64,000 nt of DNA, taken from positions 21,379 to 85,378 of the forward strand of contig CAVAJR010000003.1 in assembly GCA_963589005.1 (NCBI GenBank), written 5' to 3'. Each line of letters begins with the position of its first letter. Position 1 is the first letter of the stretch. Made by a program: the position numbers and the translations under genes. Below are positions 1-11,466 of the stretch, piece after piece. The stretch comes from Bacteroidaceae bacterium. GTDB lineage: Bacteria > Bacillota > Clostridia > Lachnospirales > Lachnospiraceae. The notes under the pieces were generated by a model. The model saw only the letters and a list, made by a program, of their open reading frames with translations, ran no database searches and was not told where the DNA came from.

Positions 1-735
1 GTTAAGACAGATCATCATATTGTAGGCGATGCCAAGGAAGTTCTTAAGATGCTTATCGAGAGAATGGAACAGTACGACCACAAGGAGTGGAAGGATTATG
101 TATTCTCATATCCGGTAGAGACAGAATATGATGAGGTTGCCAATATGCTTACACCTAAGCAGATCCTGTCTTCAATAGCCAGATTAGTACCTCAGGATAC
201 CATTGTTGCTACTGACGTAGGACAGCATCAGATGTGGGCTATTCAGCATTTTCATTTTGATTATGCCGGTCAGCTTCTTACATCGGGCGGATTTGGAACC
301 ATGGGATTCGGTCTGGGAGCAGCAATCGGTGCAGCTGTCGGTAATCCTGATAAGACGGTTATTCATGTTACAGGCGACGGAAGCTTCAGAATGAACTGCA
401 ATGAGCTTGCGACAGAGGAACATTATAATCTGCCGATCATTACATTTATATTTAACAACAGTACATTGGGAATGGTCAGACAGTGGCAGACACTTATCTA
501 TGACAAACACTACTCACAGACGACTCTTGACAGAGGTCCGGATTTCGTTAAGCTGGCTGAAGCTTACGGACTCAACGGAAGGAGAGCATCTAATGTTGAA
601 GAACTTGAAGCAGCTATAAAAGATGCTGTTGCATCAAACAAGGGAACTGTTATAGACTGTATCATTGACACTGATGAGATGGTTCGCCCAATGGTAGGCG
701 GAGGAAGTCCTATCACGGATTTCATTATCAGTTAA
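1..735 (+). CDS. ilvB: acetolactate synthase large subunit, C-terminal TPP-binding part (5' end lies upstream of the window)
   Basis: Frame +1 is open from nt 1 (VKTDHHIVGDAKEVLK precedes the first Met at 49). TPP-binding motifs GFGTMGFGLGAAIGA and GDGSFRMN are present. ilvN and ilvC follow directly. Confidence 0.85.
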   Translation, partial: VKTDHHIVGDAKEVLKMLIERMEQYDHKEWKDYVFSYPVETEYDEVANMLTPKQILSSIARLVPQDTIVATDVGQHQMWAIQHFHFDYAGQLLTSGGFGTMGFGLGAAIGAAVGNPDKTVIHVTGDGSFRMNCNELATEEHYNLPIITFIFNNSTLGMVRQWQTLIYDKHYSQTTLDRGPDFVKLAEAYGLNGRRASNVEELEAAIKDAVASNKGTVIDCIIDTDEMVRPMVGGGSPITDFIIS

Positions 736-747
736 GGAGGTAGAAGA

Positions 748-2299
<1,552 letters not shown>

Positions 2300-2306
2300 T
2301 AAAGAT

Positions 2307-2343
2307 ATCCTATGTACCTTAAGATGATTAAGGTACATAGGAT
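2307..2343 (+). terminator. 15-bp perfect hairpin after ilvC (weak U-tract)
   Basis: ATCCTATGTACCTTA (2307-2321) pairs with TAAGGTACATAGGAT (2329-2343) and is followed by TTTATACT. It starts 8 nt after the ilvC stop. Confidence 0.5.
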
Positions 2344-2421
2344 TTATACTGTAAAGAGAAGTTAGAGCAGCGGTTAGCCCGTCCAATGTCTGCATAGATA
2401 TATGACTGAATATGCCTGTCT

Positions 2422-2450
2422 GTGCAAGCGCTGATCGGGACTTTTATAAT
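2422..2450 (+). promoter_or_regulatory. possible sigma-A promoter for ilvD
   Basis: GTGCAA (2422-2427), a 17-nt spacer, then TATAAT (2445-2450), about 38 nt upstream of the ilvD ATG. Confidence 0.3.
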
Positions 2451-2487
2451 AGATAGTACAACGATTAATGAGAAATGAGGAAAACTA

Positions 2488-4149
2488 ATGATTTCAGATA
2501 ATGCGAAAAAAGGCGTTGAGAGAACTCCGAATAAGAGCTTGATGTATGCTCTGGGCTTGACAGATGAAGAGATTAACCGCCCATTGATTGGTATTGTAAG
2601 TTCACATAATGAAATTGTTCCCGGACATATGCACCTGGATAAAATCTGTGATGCTGTAAAGGCCGGCGTAAGAATGGCTGGCGGTACACCTATCATGTTC
2701 CCTGCAATTGCTGTATGCGATGGTATTGCCATGGGACATATCGGCATGAAGTATTCTCTTGTAACAAGAGATCTTATTGCTGATTCAACAGAAGCTATGG
2801 TTATAGCTCATCAGTTTGATGGTCTTGTTATGATCCCTAACTGTGACAAGAATGTTCCGGGCCTTCTGATGGCAGCTGCAAGACTTAACATTCCTACAAT
2901 ATTCTGCAGCGGCGGTCCGATGCTGGCAGGTCACCTTAAGGACGGCAGACGTACATGCCTCAGCCACATGTTCGAGGCAGTTGGTGCATATCATGCAGGC
3001 ACTCTTGATGAGGCAGGCGTTGATGAATATACCAAGAATGCATGTCCGTCCTGCGGTTCGTGCTCAGGTATGTATACTGCTAATTCAATGAACTGCTTAT
3101 GCGAAGCTATCGGTATGGCACTTCCTGGAAATGGAACAATTCCGGCACCGCTGTCAGCAAGGATCAGATTTGCTAAGCAGGCAGGCATGCAGATCATGGA
3201 ACTGGTTAATAAGAACATTAAGCCACGCGATATCATGACTCCGGCAGCATTTGAAAATGCTGATACAGTTGATATGGCACTGGGCTGCTCAACTAATACT
3301 ATGCTTCATCTTCCTGCGATCGCACATGAGACAGGCATGGAATTAAGCCTTGATATGTCTAATGAAATCAGCGAGAGAACCCCTAACCTGTGTCATCTTG
3401 CACCGGCAGGTGATACATTCATGGAGGATCTTGACCGTGCAGGCGGTGTATATGCCGTAATGAAGGAGCTTACTAAGAAGGATCTGTTGAATCTGGATGT
3501 TATGACAGTAACAGGCAAGACCATGAGAGAGAACCTGGCAAATGTTCAGAATCTCAATCCGGAGATCATCAGACCTATTGAGAATCCGTTCTCACAGTCA
3601 GGCGGCATTGCAGTTCTTAAGGGCAATCTGGCTCCTGACGGCAGCGTTGTTAAGAAATCAGCAGTTGATCCTAAGATGATGGTTCATGAAGGACCTGCCA
3701 GAGTATTTAATTCAGAAGAAGAAGCTATTGAAGCAATCTATAATAAGAAGATCAATCCTGGCGATGTTGTAGTTATCCGTTATGAAGGACCTAAGGGAGG
3801 TCCGGGCATGAGAGAGATGCTTAATCCGACTTCTGCTATCATTGGCATGGGACTGGGTGACAGCGTAGCCCTTATTACGGACGGACGTTTCTCAGGCGCT
3901 ACACGTGGTGCAGCTATCGGACATGTATCACCGGAGGCAGCTTCAGGCGGTAATATCGGTCTTGTTAATGAAGGCGATATTATTTCTATTGACATTCCTA
4001 ACTGCAAGCTGGAAGTTAAGGTTACAGATGCAGAATTAGAAGCAAGACGTGCTAAATGGGTATGCCCTGAACCTAAGATCAAGACAGGTTATGCTGCAAG
4101 ATATGCTAAGCTTGTTACATCTGCAGACAAGGGCGCTATACTGCAGTAA
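2488..4149 (+). CDS. ilvD: dihydroxy-acid dehydratase
   Basis: 553 aa with IlvD/Edd family motifs CDKNVPG and [27 protein letters not shown] lies upstream. Confidence 0.95.
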   Translation: MISDNAKKGVERTPNKSLMYALGLTDEEINRPLIGIVSSHNEIVPGHMHLDKICDAVKAGVRMAGGTPIMFPAIAVCDGIAMGHIGMKYSLVTRDLIADSTEAMVIAHQFDGLVMIPNCDKNVPGLLMAAARLNIPTIFCSGGPMLAGHLKDGRRTCLSHMFEAVGAYHAGTLDEAGVDEYTKNACPSCGSCSGMYTANSMNCLCEAIGMALPGNGTIPAPLSARIRFAKQAGMQIMELVNKNIKPRDIMTPAAFENADTVDMALGCSTNTMLHLPAIAHETGMELSLDMSNEISERTPNLCHLAPAGDTFMEDLDRAGGVYAVMKELTKKDLLNLDVMTVTGKTMRENLANVQNLNPEIIRPIENPFSQSGGIAVLKGNLAPDGSVVKKSAVDPKMMVHEGPARVFNSEEEAIEAIYNKKINPGDVVVIRYEGPKGGPGMREMLNPTSAIIGMGLGDSVALITDGRFSGATRGAAIGHVSPEAASGGNIGLVNEGDIISIDIPNCKLEVKVTDAELEARRAKWVCPEPKIKTGYAARYAKLVTSADKGAILQ

Positions 4150-4214
4150 ATTATAAATGTGTTTGTTTTCATGCAGCGGCTGCTGAAGAACATGACAGAG
4201 TAATGGCTTTATAC

Positions 4215-4314
4215 GTACCAGTGCCGGGACGGCGCAGCCACTGCAAGAAAACAATCAGCGAAGGCGTTTTCGAGCAGTGGCTGCACCGAGGCTCACGGCG
4301 AGGTTCACGGCACG
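4215..4314 (+). repeat. palindromic intergenic repeat, copy 1 (long form)
   Basis: Perfect 11-bp arms GCAGCCACTGC (4234-4244) and GCAGTGGCTGC (4274-4284) with extended imperfect outer pairing. The same element recurs inverted at 6192-6274 and in short form at 52221-52286. Confidence 0.8.
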
Positions 4315-4392
4315 TTGTAAGTGAAGCTATCTATGAACTAAAACAGCGCAGCTGCTGTTTGGAACAATTCATGATTGAAGGAGGACTAGCCC

Positions 4393-5655
4393 ATGGCTAT
4401 GACAATGACTCAGAAAATAATGGCTGCACATGCAGGTCTTGACAGCGTCCAAGCTGGAGATCTTATTGAAGCTAAGTTGGACCTTGTTCTGGGTAATGAT
4501 GTTACAACACCTGTTGCAATTGGAGTATTCAAGGGCGCAGGATTTACTAAAGTATTTGATAAAGATAAGATTGCTATAGTATTAGACCACTATACACCAT
4601 GTAAGGATATAAAATCAGCACAGCTGTGTGCAACAGCAAGGGAATTTGCTAATGAGCAGCAGATCACCAATTTCTTCGATGTAGGATGCGTTGGTATTGA
4701 GCATGCACTTCTTCCTGAAAAAGGTCTTGTGGGACCGGGAGATATGGTTATCGGTGCTGACTCTCATACATGCACTTACGGAGCATTGGGAGCATTTTCG
4801 ACAGGCGTTGGCTCTACGGATATGGCAGCAGGCATGGCAGCAGGCGAGAATTGGTTCAAGGTTCCGGAGGCTATTAAGATAGTTCTTAAAGGCAAGCTGC
4901 AGAAATATGTTACAGGCAAGGATGTTATACTTCATCTCATCGGTTTAATAGGTGTAGACGGAGCTTTATATAAATCTATGGAATTTACAGGAGAGGGCGT
5001 TGCGTCCCTCAGCATGGATGACCGTTTTACTATCGCTAATATGGCCATTGAAGCCGGCGGCAAGAATGGAATCTTTCCTGTAGACGAGAAGACTCTGGAA
5101 TATTGTAAAGGCAGATTTAATCGGGAGATTAAGATATATGAGGCAGATCCTGATGCGGTTTATGAGAGAGAAGTCGTTATTGACCTGGATACTCTCGAAC
5201 CTACAGTATCCCTTCCGCATCTTCCGTCAAATACTAAAACAGCCAGAGAAGTAGCAGGAATGAAGATAGATCAGGTAGTGATCGGTTCATGTACAAATGG
5301 CCGTATTACGGATATGAGGGCAGCTGCAAGCATCTTAAAGGGACGCAAGGTTGCCAAGGGCATACGCTGTATCGTTATTCCGGCAACACAGGATGTATAT
5401 CTGCAATGTATTAAGGAAGGCCTTACAGAGATCTTCATTGAGGCAGGCTGTGCTGTTTCTACGCCTACATGCGGTCCGTGTTTGGGCGGACATATGGGCG
5501 TCATGAGTGAAAATGAGAGAGCAGTTACGACTACTAACAGAAACTTTGTAGGACGTATGGGACATACATCAAGCGAGGTAATACTTGCAAGCCCTTATGT
5601 AGCTGCAGCTTCAGCCGTTGCAGGTGCAGTAGCATTGCCGGAAGACTTGAAATAA
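4393..5655 (+). CDS. leuC: 3-isopropylmalate dehydratase large subunit
   Basis: Aconitase-family motifs [16 protein letters not shown] and [20 protein letters not shown] at 4377-4385. Confidence 0.95.
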   Translation: MAMTMTQKIMAAHAGLDSVQAGDLIEAKLDLVLGNDVTTPVAIGVFKGAGFTKVFDKDKIAIVLDHYTPCKDIKSAQLCATAREFANEQQITNFFDVGCVGIEHALLPEKGLVGPGDMVIGADSHTCTYGALGAFSTGVGSTDMAAGMAAGENWFKVPEAIKIVLKGKLQKYVTGKDVILHLIGLIGVDGALYKSMEFTGEGVASLSMDDRFTIANMAIEAGGKNGIFPVDEKTLEYCKGRFNREIKIYEADPDAVYEREVVIDLDTLEPTVSLPHLPSNTKTAREVAGMKIDQVVIGSCTNGRITDMRAAASILKGRKVAKGIRCIVIPATQDVYLQCIKEGLTEIFIEAGCAVSTPTCGPCLGGHMGVMSENERAVTTTNRNFVGRMGHTSSEVILASPYVAAASAVAGAVALPEDLK

Positions 5656-5674
5656 GAGAAAGGTTGGTATAAAT

Positions 5675-6166
5675 ATGGCACACGGAACAGCTTTTAAATA
5701 TGGTGACAATGTTGATACTGACGTTATCATTCCTGCCAGATATCTGAACAATCCTGCAGAAGAAGAACTGGCAAAACATTGTATGGAAGACATAGATAAA
5801 GATTTTGTAAATAAGGTCCACAAGGGGGACATTATGATAGGCGGTTATAACTTCGGATGCGGTTCATCCCGTGAACATGCACCGCTTGCTATCAGGGCCT
5901 CAGGTATTTCATGCGTTATTGCCAAAAGCTTTGCCAGAATATTCTACAGAAATTCCATCAATATTGGTTTTCCTATTCTTGAATGTCCGGAAGCTTGTGA
6001 CAAAATAAATGCAGGAGACGTTGTTTCAGTTGATTTCTCCAGCGGCATAATCAAGGATGAAACAACAGGCGAGCAGTTCAAGGCTGCGGCATTTCCGCCG
6101 TTTATTGAGAATATTATTGCAAATGGCGGTCTGCTCAGCTACCTGAAGACTAAGATTCAGGCATGA
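5675..6166 (+). CDS. leuD: 3-isopropylmalate dehydratase small subunit
   Basis: Motif [13 protein letters not shown]. 163 aa, starting 19 nt after leuC. Confidence 0.95.
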   Translation: MAHGTAFKYGDNVDTDVIIPARYLNNPAEEELAKHCMEDIDKDFVNKVHKGDIMIGGYNFGCGSSREHAPLAIRASGISCVIAKSFARIFYRNSINIGFPILECPEACDKINAGDVVSVDFSSGIIKDETTGEQFKAAAFPPFIENIIANGGLLSYLKTKIQA

Positions 6167-6191
6167 CCCTGAATGAAGACTAAAGATCTGC

Positions 6192-6274
6192 GTGTCGTGA
6201 ATCTCGGCGTGCAGCCACTGTGAGAAAACGCCTTCGCTTATTGTTTCCTCACAGTGGCTGTGCCGTTCCGACAT
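6192..6274 (-). repeat. palindromic intergenic repeat, copy 2 (inverted relative to copy 1)
   Basis: Perfect 13-bp arms CAGCCACTGTGAG (6212-6224) and CTCACAGTGGCTG (6248-6260). The loop GAAAACGCCTTCGCTTATTGTTTCC is the reverse complement of the copy 1 loop. Confidence 0.8.
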
Positions 6275-6336
6275 GCATACATTCATACAATGGCTGACTA
6301 TTCAAAGTAATAAAATCAGACAGGAGATAAAGTAAT

Positions 6337-7404
6337 ATGAACTACAATATAGCATTGGTTAAGGGTGACGGAATCGGCCCTGAGATAGTTGACAGTGCGG
6401 TAAGGGTACTGGAAGTTATTGGCAAAAAATATGGACATACATTTAACTGTACGCCATATCTGGCAGGCGGATGTGCAATTGATGCAACAGGTAAGCCGCT
6501 CCCAGAAGAGACTGTTCAGGGCTGTATTAACAGTGACAGCGTACTCTTAGGCGCAGTGGGCGGCCCTAAGTGGGATAAGCTGCCGGGGGATATCAGACCT
6601 GAGAAGGCCTTGCTGGGATTAAGAAAGGCACTGGGACTATTTACTAACTTAAGACCTGCTAAGATCTATGATGCGCTGGCAGATGCCTGCACATTAAGAC
6701 CGGATATTGTAGCTAATGGATTTGATCTTGTAATAGTAAGAGAGCTTACAGGCGGCATCTATTTCGGCGAGAGAGGAAGGCGAGAAGGTCAGTACGGACC
6801 GGAAGCCTACGACACAGAGGCCTACAGCGTAATGGAGATCGAACGTATAGCCAGAGTTGCATTTGAAACAGCCATGAAGCGCCGCAAGAAACTGGTAAGC
6901 ATCGATAAGGCCAATGTTCTTGAAACTTCCAGACTGTGGAGAGAGACGGTCCACCGTATCGGCGAGGAATATCCGGAGGTTCAGCTCAGCGATATGCTGG
7001 TGGATAATGCAGCTATGCAGCTGGTAAGGAATCCTTCAGAATTTGATGTTATTGTAACATCCAATATGTTTGGAGACATTCTCTCTGATGAAGCTTCACA
7101 GATCACAGGTTCCATCGGACTTCTTGCTTCATCCTCAATGGGCAGCAGCAAATGCGGCTTATACGAGCCTATCCACGGTTCGGCACCTGATATTGCAGGC
7201 AAGGGAATTGCCAACCCTATTGCAACTATTCTTTCGGCAGGAATGATGCTCAGATATTCATTCGGACTCGAAAAGGAAGCAGATGCAATTGAAAAGGCAG
7301 TAAACGATACTCTTATCGCCGGTCTTAGAACTGCTGATATATCTAACGGCGGAGAGTATATTTCTACAACACAGATGACTGACGAAATTATATCCAGATT
7401 ATAA
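6337..7404 (+). CDS. leuB: 3-isopropylmalate dehydrogenase
   Basis: Motifs NMFGDILSDEAS and GSAPDIAGKGIANP. 355 aa. Confidence 0.95.
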   Translation: MNYNIALVKGDGIGPEIVDSAVRVLEVIGKKYGHTFNCTPYLAGGCAIDATGKPLPEETVQGCINSDSVLLGAVGGPKWDKLPGDIRPEKALLGLRKALGLFTNLRPAKIYDALADACTLRPDIVANGFDLVIVRELTGGIYFGERGRREGQYGPEAYDTEAYSVMEIERIARVAFETAMKRRKKLVSIDKANVLETSRLWRETVHRIGEEYPEVQLSDMLVDNAAMQLVRNPSEFDVIVTSNMFGDILSDEASQITGSIGLLASSSMGSSKCGLYEPIHGSAPDIAGKGIANPIATILSAGMMLRYSFGLEKEADAIEKAVNDTLIAGLRTADISNGGEYISTTQMTDEIISRL

Positions 7405-7418
7405 TCGGAGGAACAGAA

Positions 7419-9116
7419 TTGAAAGGATACGAGAAATACATCCCATTTGTACCGCAGCCTATTCAGAACAGAACCTGGCCGGATAATCAGATCACCAAGG
7501 CACCTATATGGTGTTCTGTGGATCTGCGTGACGGCAATCAGGCACTTATTGATCCTATGAATATGCAGGAAAAACTTGAGATGTTCCATATACTGGTGGA
7601 CGAGATCGGTGTAAAGGAAGTAGAGATAGGTTTTCCCAGTGCTTCGGATACAGATTATGAGATATGCCGTGAACTGATAGAAGGGGGACACATTCCTGAT
7701 GATGTAACGATTCAGGTATTGGTTCAGGCAAGAGAACACCTTATTAAGAAAACATTTGAGGCGATCAAGGGCGCTAAGCATGTTATATTGCATTTCTACA
7801 ATTCCACATCAACACTTCAGAGAGAAGTTGTGTTCGGAACGGACGTAGAGGGCGTTAAGAAGATAGCAGTTGATGCAGCTGAATTGATTTATGAGATGGC
7901 ACAGCCTGTGATTAAGAGCGGTGTGGATTTCAGATATCAATACTCTCCTGAATCATTCATGGGAACAGAAATGGATGCAGCAGCAGAGATCTGTGCAGCT
8001 GTGCTTGATGCATTGCATGCCGATGAACAGCATAAGGTTATTCTGAATCTTCCTACAACAGTTGAGAATTGCATGCCGAACCAATTTGCTGATGAACTGG
8101 AATATTTCACAAGGGTGCTTCCTGGCAGAGAGCGGGCCATTATTTCATTGCATCCGCATAATGACAGGGGCTGCGGCGTTGCAACAGCAGAGGCAGGGCT
8201 TCTGGCAGGTGCAGAGCGCATAGAAGCCTGCTTATTCGGTAACGGAGAACGCACAGGTAATGTGGACATGATCACATTGGCTATGAACATGTATATCCAG
8301 GGAATTGATCCGGAGCTTGATTTCAGCCATATGGATAAGATCCGTGATATGTATGAACGCTGTACCAAAATGCGTGTGCCGGAGCGTCAGCCGTATGCAG
8401 GCGATCTGGTATTTACAGCATTTTCAGGCAGTCATCAGGATGCGATCAATAAGGGATTCAACTACATGCATGATCACAAGACTGATAAGTGGATGGTACC
8501 ATATCTTCCTATTGATCCTACAGATCTGGGTCGGGAATACGAGCCTGTTCGTATTAACAGCCAGAGCGGTAAGGGCGGAGCGGCCTTTATCATGAATCAT
8601 AAGTTCGGATTTGATATGCCTAAGGCTATGCATGGAGAATTTGGCGCCGTGGTTCAGACTGAGACAGACAGAGTCGGAACAGAGATCAAGGCTGATGATA
8701 TTATGGCTTTGTTTGAGAAGGAATATCTTCTGATCGATAAGCCGTATAAGCTGGTTAAACACGTGTTCCATGAAGAAACAGTAGACGGTCACAGCGTTGT
8801 TAATTTCTTCGGAACTATCTCACATACGACACATGCCGGAGCTGAAACTTTATTTAATGTACAGGGCGAAGGAAATGGTCCTATTGATGCATTCTTCAAT
8901 GCAATAAAGGGTGAGAAGATGAATATGTTAAGCTTCGTTGACTACAAGTCTCATGCCCTTACTAAGGGATCAGACTCACAGTCAGTTGCATATATTCAGC
9001 TCAGAAGTCCTGAAGGCAGGGATTACTTCGGTGTGGGCTTAAGTCACAACATTAATTTAGCACCGTTGAAGGCAATCGTTTGTGCGATCAACAGGTACAA
9101 GAAAGACAATCAGTAA
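7419..9116 (+). CDS. leuA: 2-isopropylmalate synthase, long (type 2) form
   Basis: Motifs PIWCSVDLRDGNQ and HPHNDRGCG. 565 aa. TTG start at 7419, 6 nt after GGAGGA (7407-7412). Confidence 0.9.
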   Translation: MKGYEKYIPFVPQPIQNRTWPDNQITKAPIWCSVDLRDGNQALIDPMNMQEKLEMFHILVDEIGVKEVEIGFPSASDTDYEICRELIEGGHIPDDVTIQVLVQAREHLIKKTFEAIKGAKHVILHFYNSTSTLQREVVFGTDVEGVKKIAVDAAELIYEMAQPVIKSGVDFRYQYSPESFMGTEMDAAAEICAAVLDALHADEQHKVILNLPTTVENCMPNQFADELEYFTRVLPGRERAIISLHPHNDRGCGVATAEAGLLAGAERIEACLFGNGERTGNVDMITLAMNMYIQGIDPELDFSHMDKIRDMYERCTKMRVPERQPYAGDLVFTAFSGSHQDAINKGFNYMHDHKTDKWMVPYLPIDPTDLGREYEPVRINSQSGKGGAAFIMNHKFGFDMPKAMHGEFGAVVQTETDRVGTEIKADDIMALFEKEYLLIDKPYKLVKHVFHEETVDGHSVVNFFGTISHTTHAGAETLFNVQGEGNGPIDAFFNAIKGEKMNMLSFVDYKSHALTKGSDSQSVAYIQLRSPEGRDYFGVGLSHNINLAPLKAIVCAINRYKKDNQ

Positions 9117-9155
9117 TAAAATTTAAAATAAAATAATGTATTTTAAAGAAAAAAG

Positions 9156-9190
9156 GCAGAGAGCTTATCACAAGGCTTTCTGCTCTTTTT
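9156..9190 (+). terminator. rho-independent terminator of the leu operon
   Basis: GCAGAGAGC (9156-9164) pairs with GCTTTCTGC (9175-9183, one G-U pair), followed by TCTTTTT. Confidence 0.75.
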
Positions 9191-9592
9191 ATACAGCGGT
9201 GTACTTTTAAAGTGCACAAAAATAATCTATTTATTCAAGAAATATATTGCAATATGCACAACATAATGCTATATATGAGACATAGATATTAAGCAAGTTA
9301 CATCGCGTAGATACAGCATATCTCATTCTAAAAGTAAACATGCTTTAAATTTTTTTTAGTTTAGGATTCTTTATCTTTAATATCTAATAGTGTCTTATTA
9401 GTTAGTTTTCATTTTTGCATTTTGATAATTTTGATTAATGTTTTAATTCGGCTAGCTAGGGGGTGAGGATGACATGAAATTTATTTGAGATAATTACATT
9501 GGTGTCCTTAATCCGTAATTAGCCAAGGCTGTTAAAAACAGCATTGGTTAATATATAAGTGCAATTTTTTTTGATTTTGGAGGAGCTTGCGT

Positions 9593-10651
9593 ATGAATAA
9601 AATCCTAGTGTCTTTTGTAATACTGTGCTGTTTGATGATGCTTGGCGCATGTGGAACAGCGGATGTTACTGATAAAGGTTTAGAATCAACAGATTTGGCA
9701 GATACCACAGAAGAGAATCGGACTGAAGATAGTAAATGGAGTCAAACGAGGGTGGAAAAGTCTATATCTGAATGGCTAAATGTTAATGCGGATATAATTG
9801 TGCCCGAAAATTTTGCTGGTGCCGCTGACAGATACGAAATAGAACTGGTTGATTTTAATGCTGAAGATGTCTTTGAGGCATTTGAACTTGATCCGGAAGA
9901 TTTCACCAGCCCTAATGAGAGTACGTATTTTAATGATGATTTTGGCATCACCATAGGAACGACATATTTTAGCTTTTATACAGCATCTGGAGATAAATTA
10001 GAAAGCCTCTATTTTGGCGACGAGTATCGCAGTTCCCCAAATGAGTTAAACTTCGAAAGTCCTGAAAGTGCTGCAGAAGCTGTGCTTAATTTCATCACAG
10101 AAAAATTGAAAATGGATTATAATTTTGCCATTGAAGAGTCGTTTGTTATTGACCAGGAGTCTGAAAAATTATTCAATGATGCACATAGAGAAAGTATAGA
10201 TTTGAAAACAGGCGAGGTGGTTGGAGATCAGACATTTTTTGATGATATTGATGGGGCATATTGCTTGAAATTTGTGCAGGTAATTGATGACATATCTATA
10301 GAGCCGGATACGATGGAGAAAAACGGAATATGGATGCCGGGTTTCACAATGAAGTGTATATATTCTGAAAATGGCATAGAATATTTAAATATGGATGCCC
10401 CGATTAATGTGACCAATAAACTTGGAGCCGTAAATGTTATAGATATTGATACTGTATTAAATAAACTGACAGAAAAATTCGATAATCTGATAATGACGAC
10501 AAAATATGAAGTGTCATCGATACAGCTTGAGTATAAATCAACTACAGATATGAAGCTGATTCCTGTATGGAAGGTTACGATGTGGAACGATGAATATGGT
10601 TATGACTATCAAGTATGGTTCGATGCTGAGACAGGAATTGAGATAGTATAA
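9593..10651 (+). CDS. hypothetical lipoprotein
   Basis: Signal peptide with lipobox LMMLGA-C (Cys20 counted from ATG 9593). GGAGGAG RBS at 9579-9585. Acidic N-terminal linker and no catalytic motif recognised. The C-terminal YQVWFDAETGIEIV weakly resembles PepSY-type ends. Confidence 0.7.
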   Translation: MNKILVSFVILCCLMMLGACGTADVTDKGLESTDLADTTEENRTEDSKWSQTRVEKSISEWLNVNADIIVPENFAGAADRYEIELVDFNAEDVFEAFELDPEDFTSPNESTYFNDDFGITIGTTYFSFYTASGDKLESLYFGDEYRSSPNELNFESPESAAEAVLNFITEKLKMDYNFAIEESFVIDQESEKLFNDAHRESIDLKTGEVVGDQTFFDDIDGAYCLKFVQVIDDISIEPDTMEKNGIWMPGFTMKCIYSENGIEYLNMDAPINVTNKLGAVNVIDIDTVLNKLTEKFDNLIMTTKYEVSSIQLEYKSTTDMKLIPVWKVTMWNDEYGYDYQVWFDAETGIEIV

Positions 10652-10662
10652 GAGAGGATGAG

Positions 10663-11466
10663 ATGGCGATGCTGAAGGTATTAAAGACAGATATAAATAG
10701 GGTATTTTTATCTAAAAACTTTTATTTCGCTATAGTAGGTATGCTGCTAGTTAACATGCTGAATATTTGGGATGAATTGATGCTTCACAGTCCGTATTGG
10801 CAGAGTACATCAGTTATTTACTTTTTTGTGTATAGGCATGGTCTGGGAGGAATATCCATCATATCTCTGGTACTCATTGTGATGCCAAATGCACTTTCGT
10901 TTTCTGAGGATTTTAATACTGGGTTTGTGAAAAATCTATATGTAAGAGAGGGCAGGACGAAATACGCATTGTCTAAGATTATCACAACCTTTGTTGCAAC
11001 ATTTATCGCTGTGTTTGTTTCATATGTGATATTCATTTTGTTACTAGACACATTTATGCCGTTATTTCCTGCGGCTGATAGAATAGAACATTTCAGGAAT
11101 AAGATATTCTTATTTTCTCTTGCTGAACAAAATTCACTGATATTTTTTGCTTTACATATAATCCTGGAGTGTGTGTCTTCTGCATTTTTGTCATTGTTGA
11201 CATTGGCAGTTTCGTTAGTTGTTAAAAATAAGTATGTACTGTATTGCATACCTGTTATGGCTGCGAAGATGTGCGAATTCTTGAGCAGTGCGCTTAGAGT
11301 ACCCCGTTTTCTGAATTGGAATCTGTTTAGAAGCAGAGCATTGATCGGAGTATTTGAGAATGAATCAACAGATTATGTGGCAACGGTAATGTATTTTGTA
11401 ATAGCCTCAGTCATTGCAGGAACCATCTTTTTATTAGGAGTAAGGAAGAGGGTGGAGTATGCATAG
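10663..11466 (+). CDS. ABC-2 type (LanE/LanG-like) integral membrane permease
   Basis: 267 aa with about six hydrophobic spans. It lies 11 nt after the lipoprotein gene and overlaps the next gene. Confidence 0.6.
   Translation: MAMLKVLKTDINRVFLSKNFYFAIVGMLLVNMLNIWDELMLHSPYWQSTSVIYFFVYRHGLGGISIISLVLIVMPNALSFSEDFNTGFVKNLYVREGRTKYALSKIITTFVATFIAVFVSYVIFILLLDTFMPLFPAADRIEHFRNKIFLFSLAEQNSLIFFALHIILECVSSAFLSLLTLAVSLVVKNKYVLYCIPVMAAKMCEFLSSALRVPRFLNWNLFRSRALIGVFENESTDYVATVMYFVIASVIAGTIFLLGVRKRVEYA

Noticed and set aside
4150-4392. Expected T-box or leader-peptide attenuator upstream of leuC (and upstream of ilvD at 2344-2487)
   Set aside because: I found no T-box core sequence, no specifier/antiterminator layout and no Leu-rich leader ORF. 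The structured part of the gap is explained by the palindromic repeat. A small hairpin at 4341-4360 remains unexplained.
4203-4442. 79-aa ORF sharing the peptide SHC(K/E)(K/E)TISEGVF(E/S)QWLH with the minus-strand ORF 6026..6286, which looked like a duplicated small protein
   Set aside because: The similarity comes from the inverted copies of the palindromic DNA repeat. Neither ORF has an RBS, both overlap real genes or leaders, and the third copy (52221-52286) does not preserve the frame.
6981-7793. 270-aa ORF on the minus strand spanning the leuB/leuA junction
   Set aside because: It is entirely antisense to two confidently identified genes. It has no RBS and a low-complexity, motif-free translation, so I treat it as a chance open frame.
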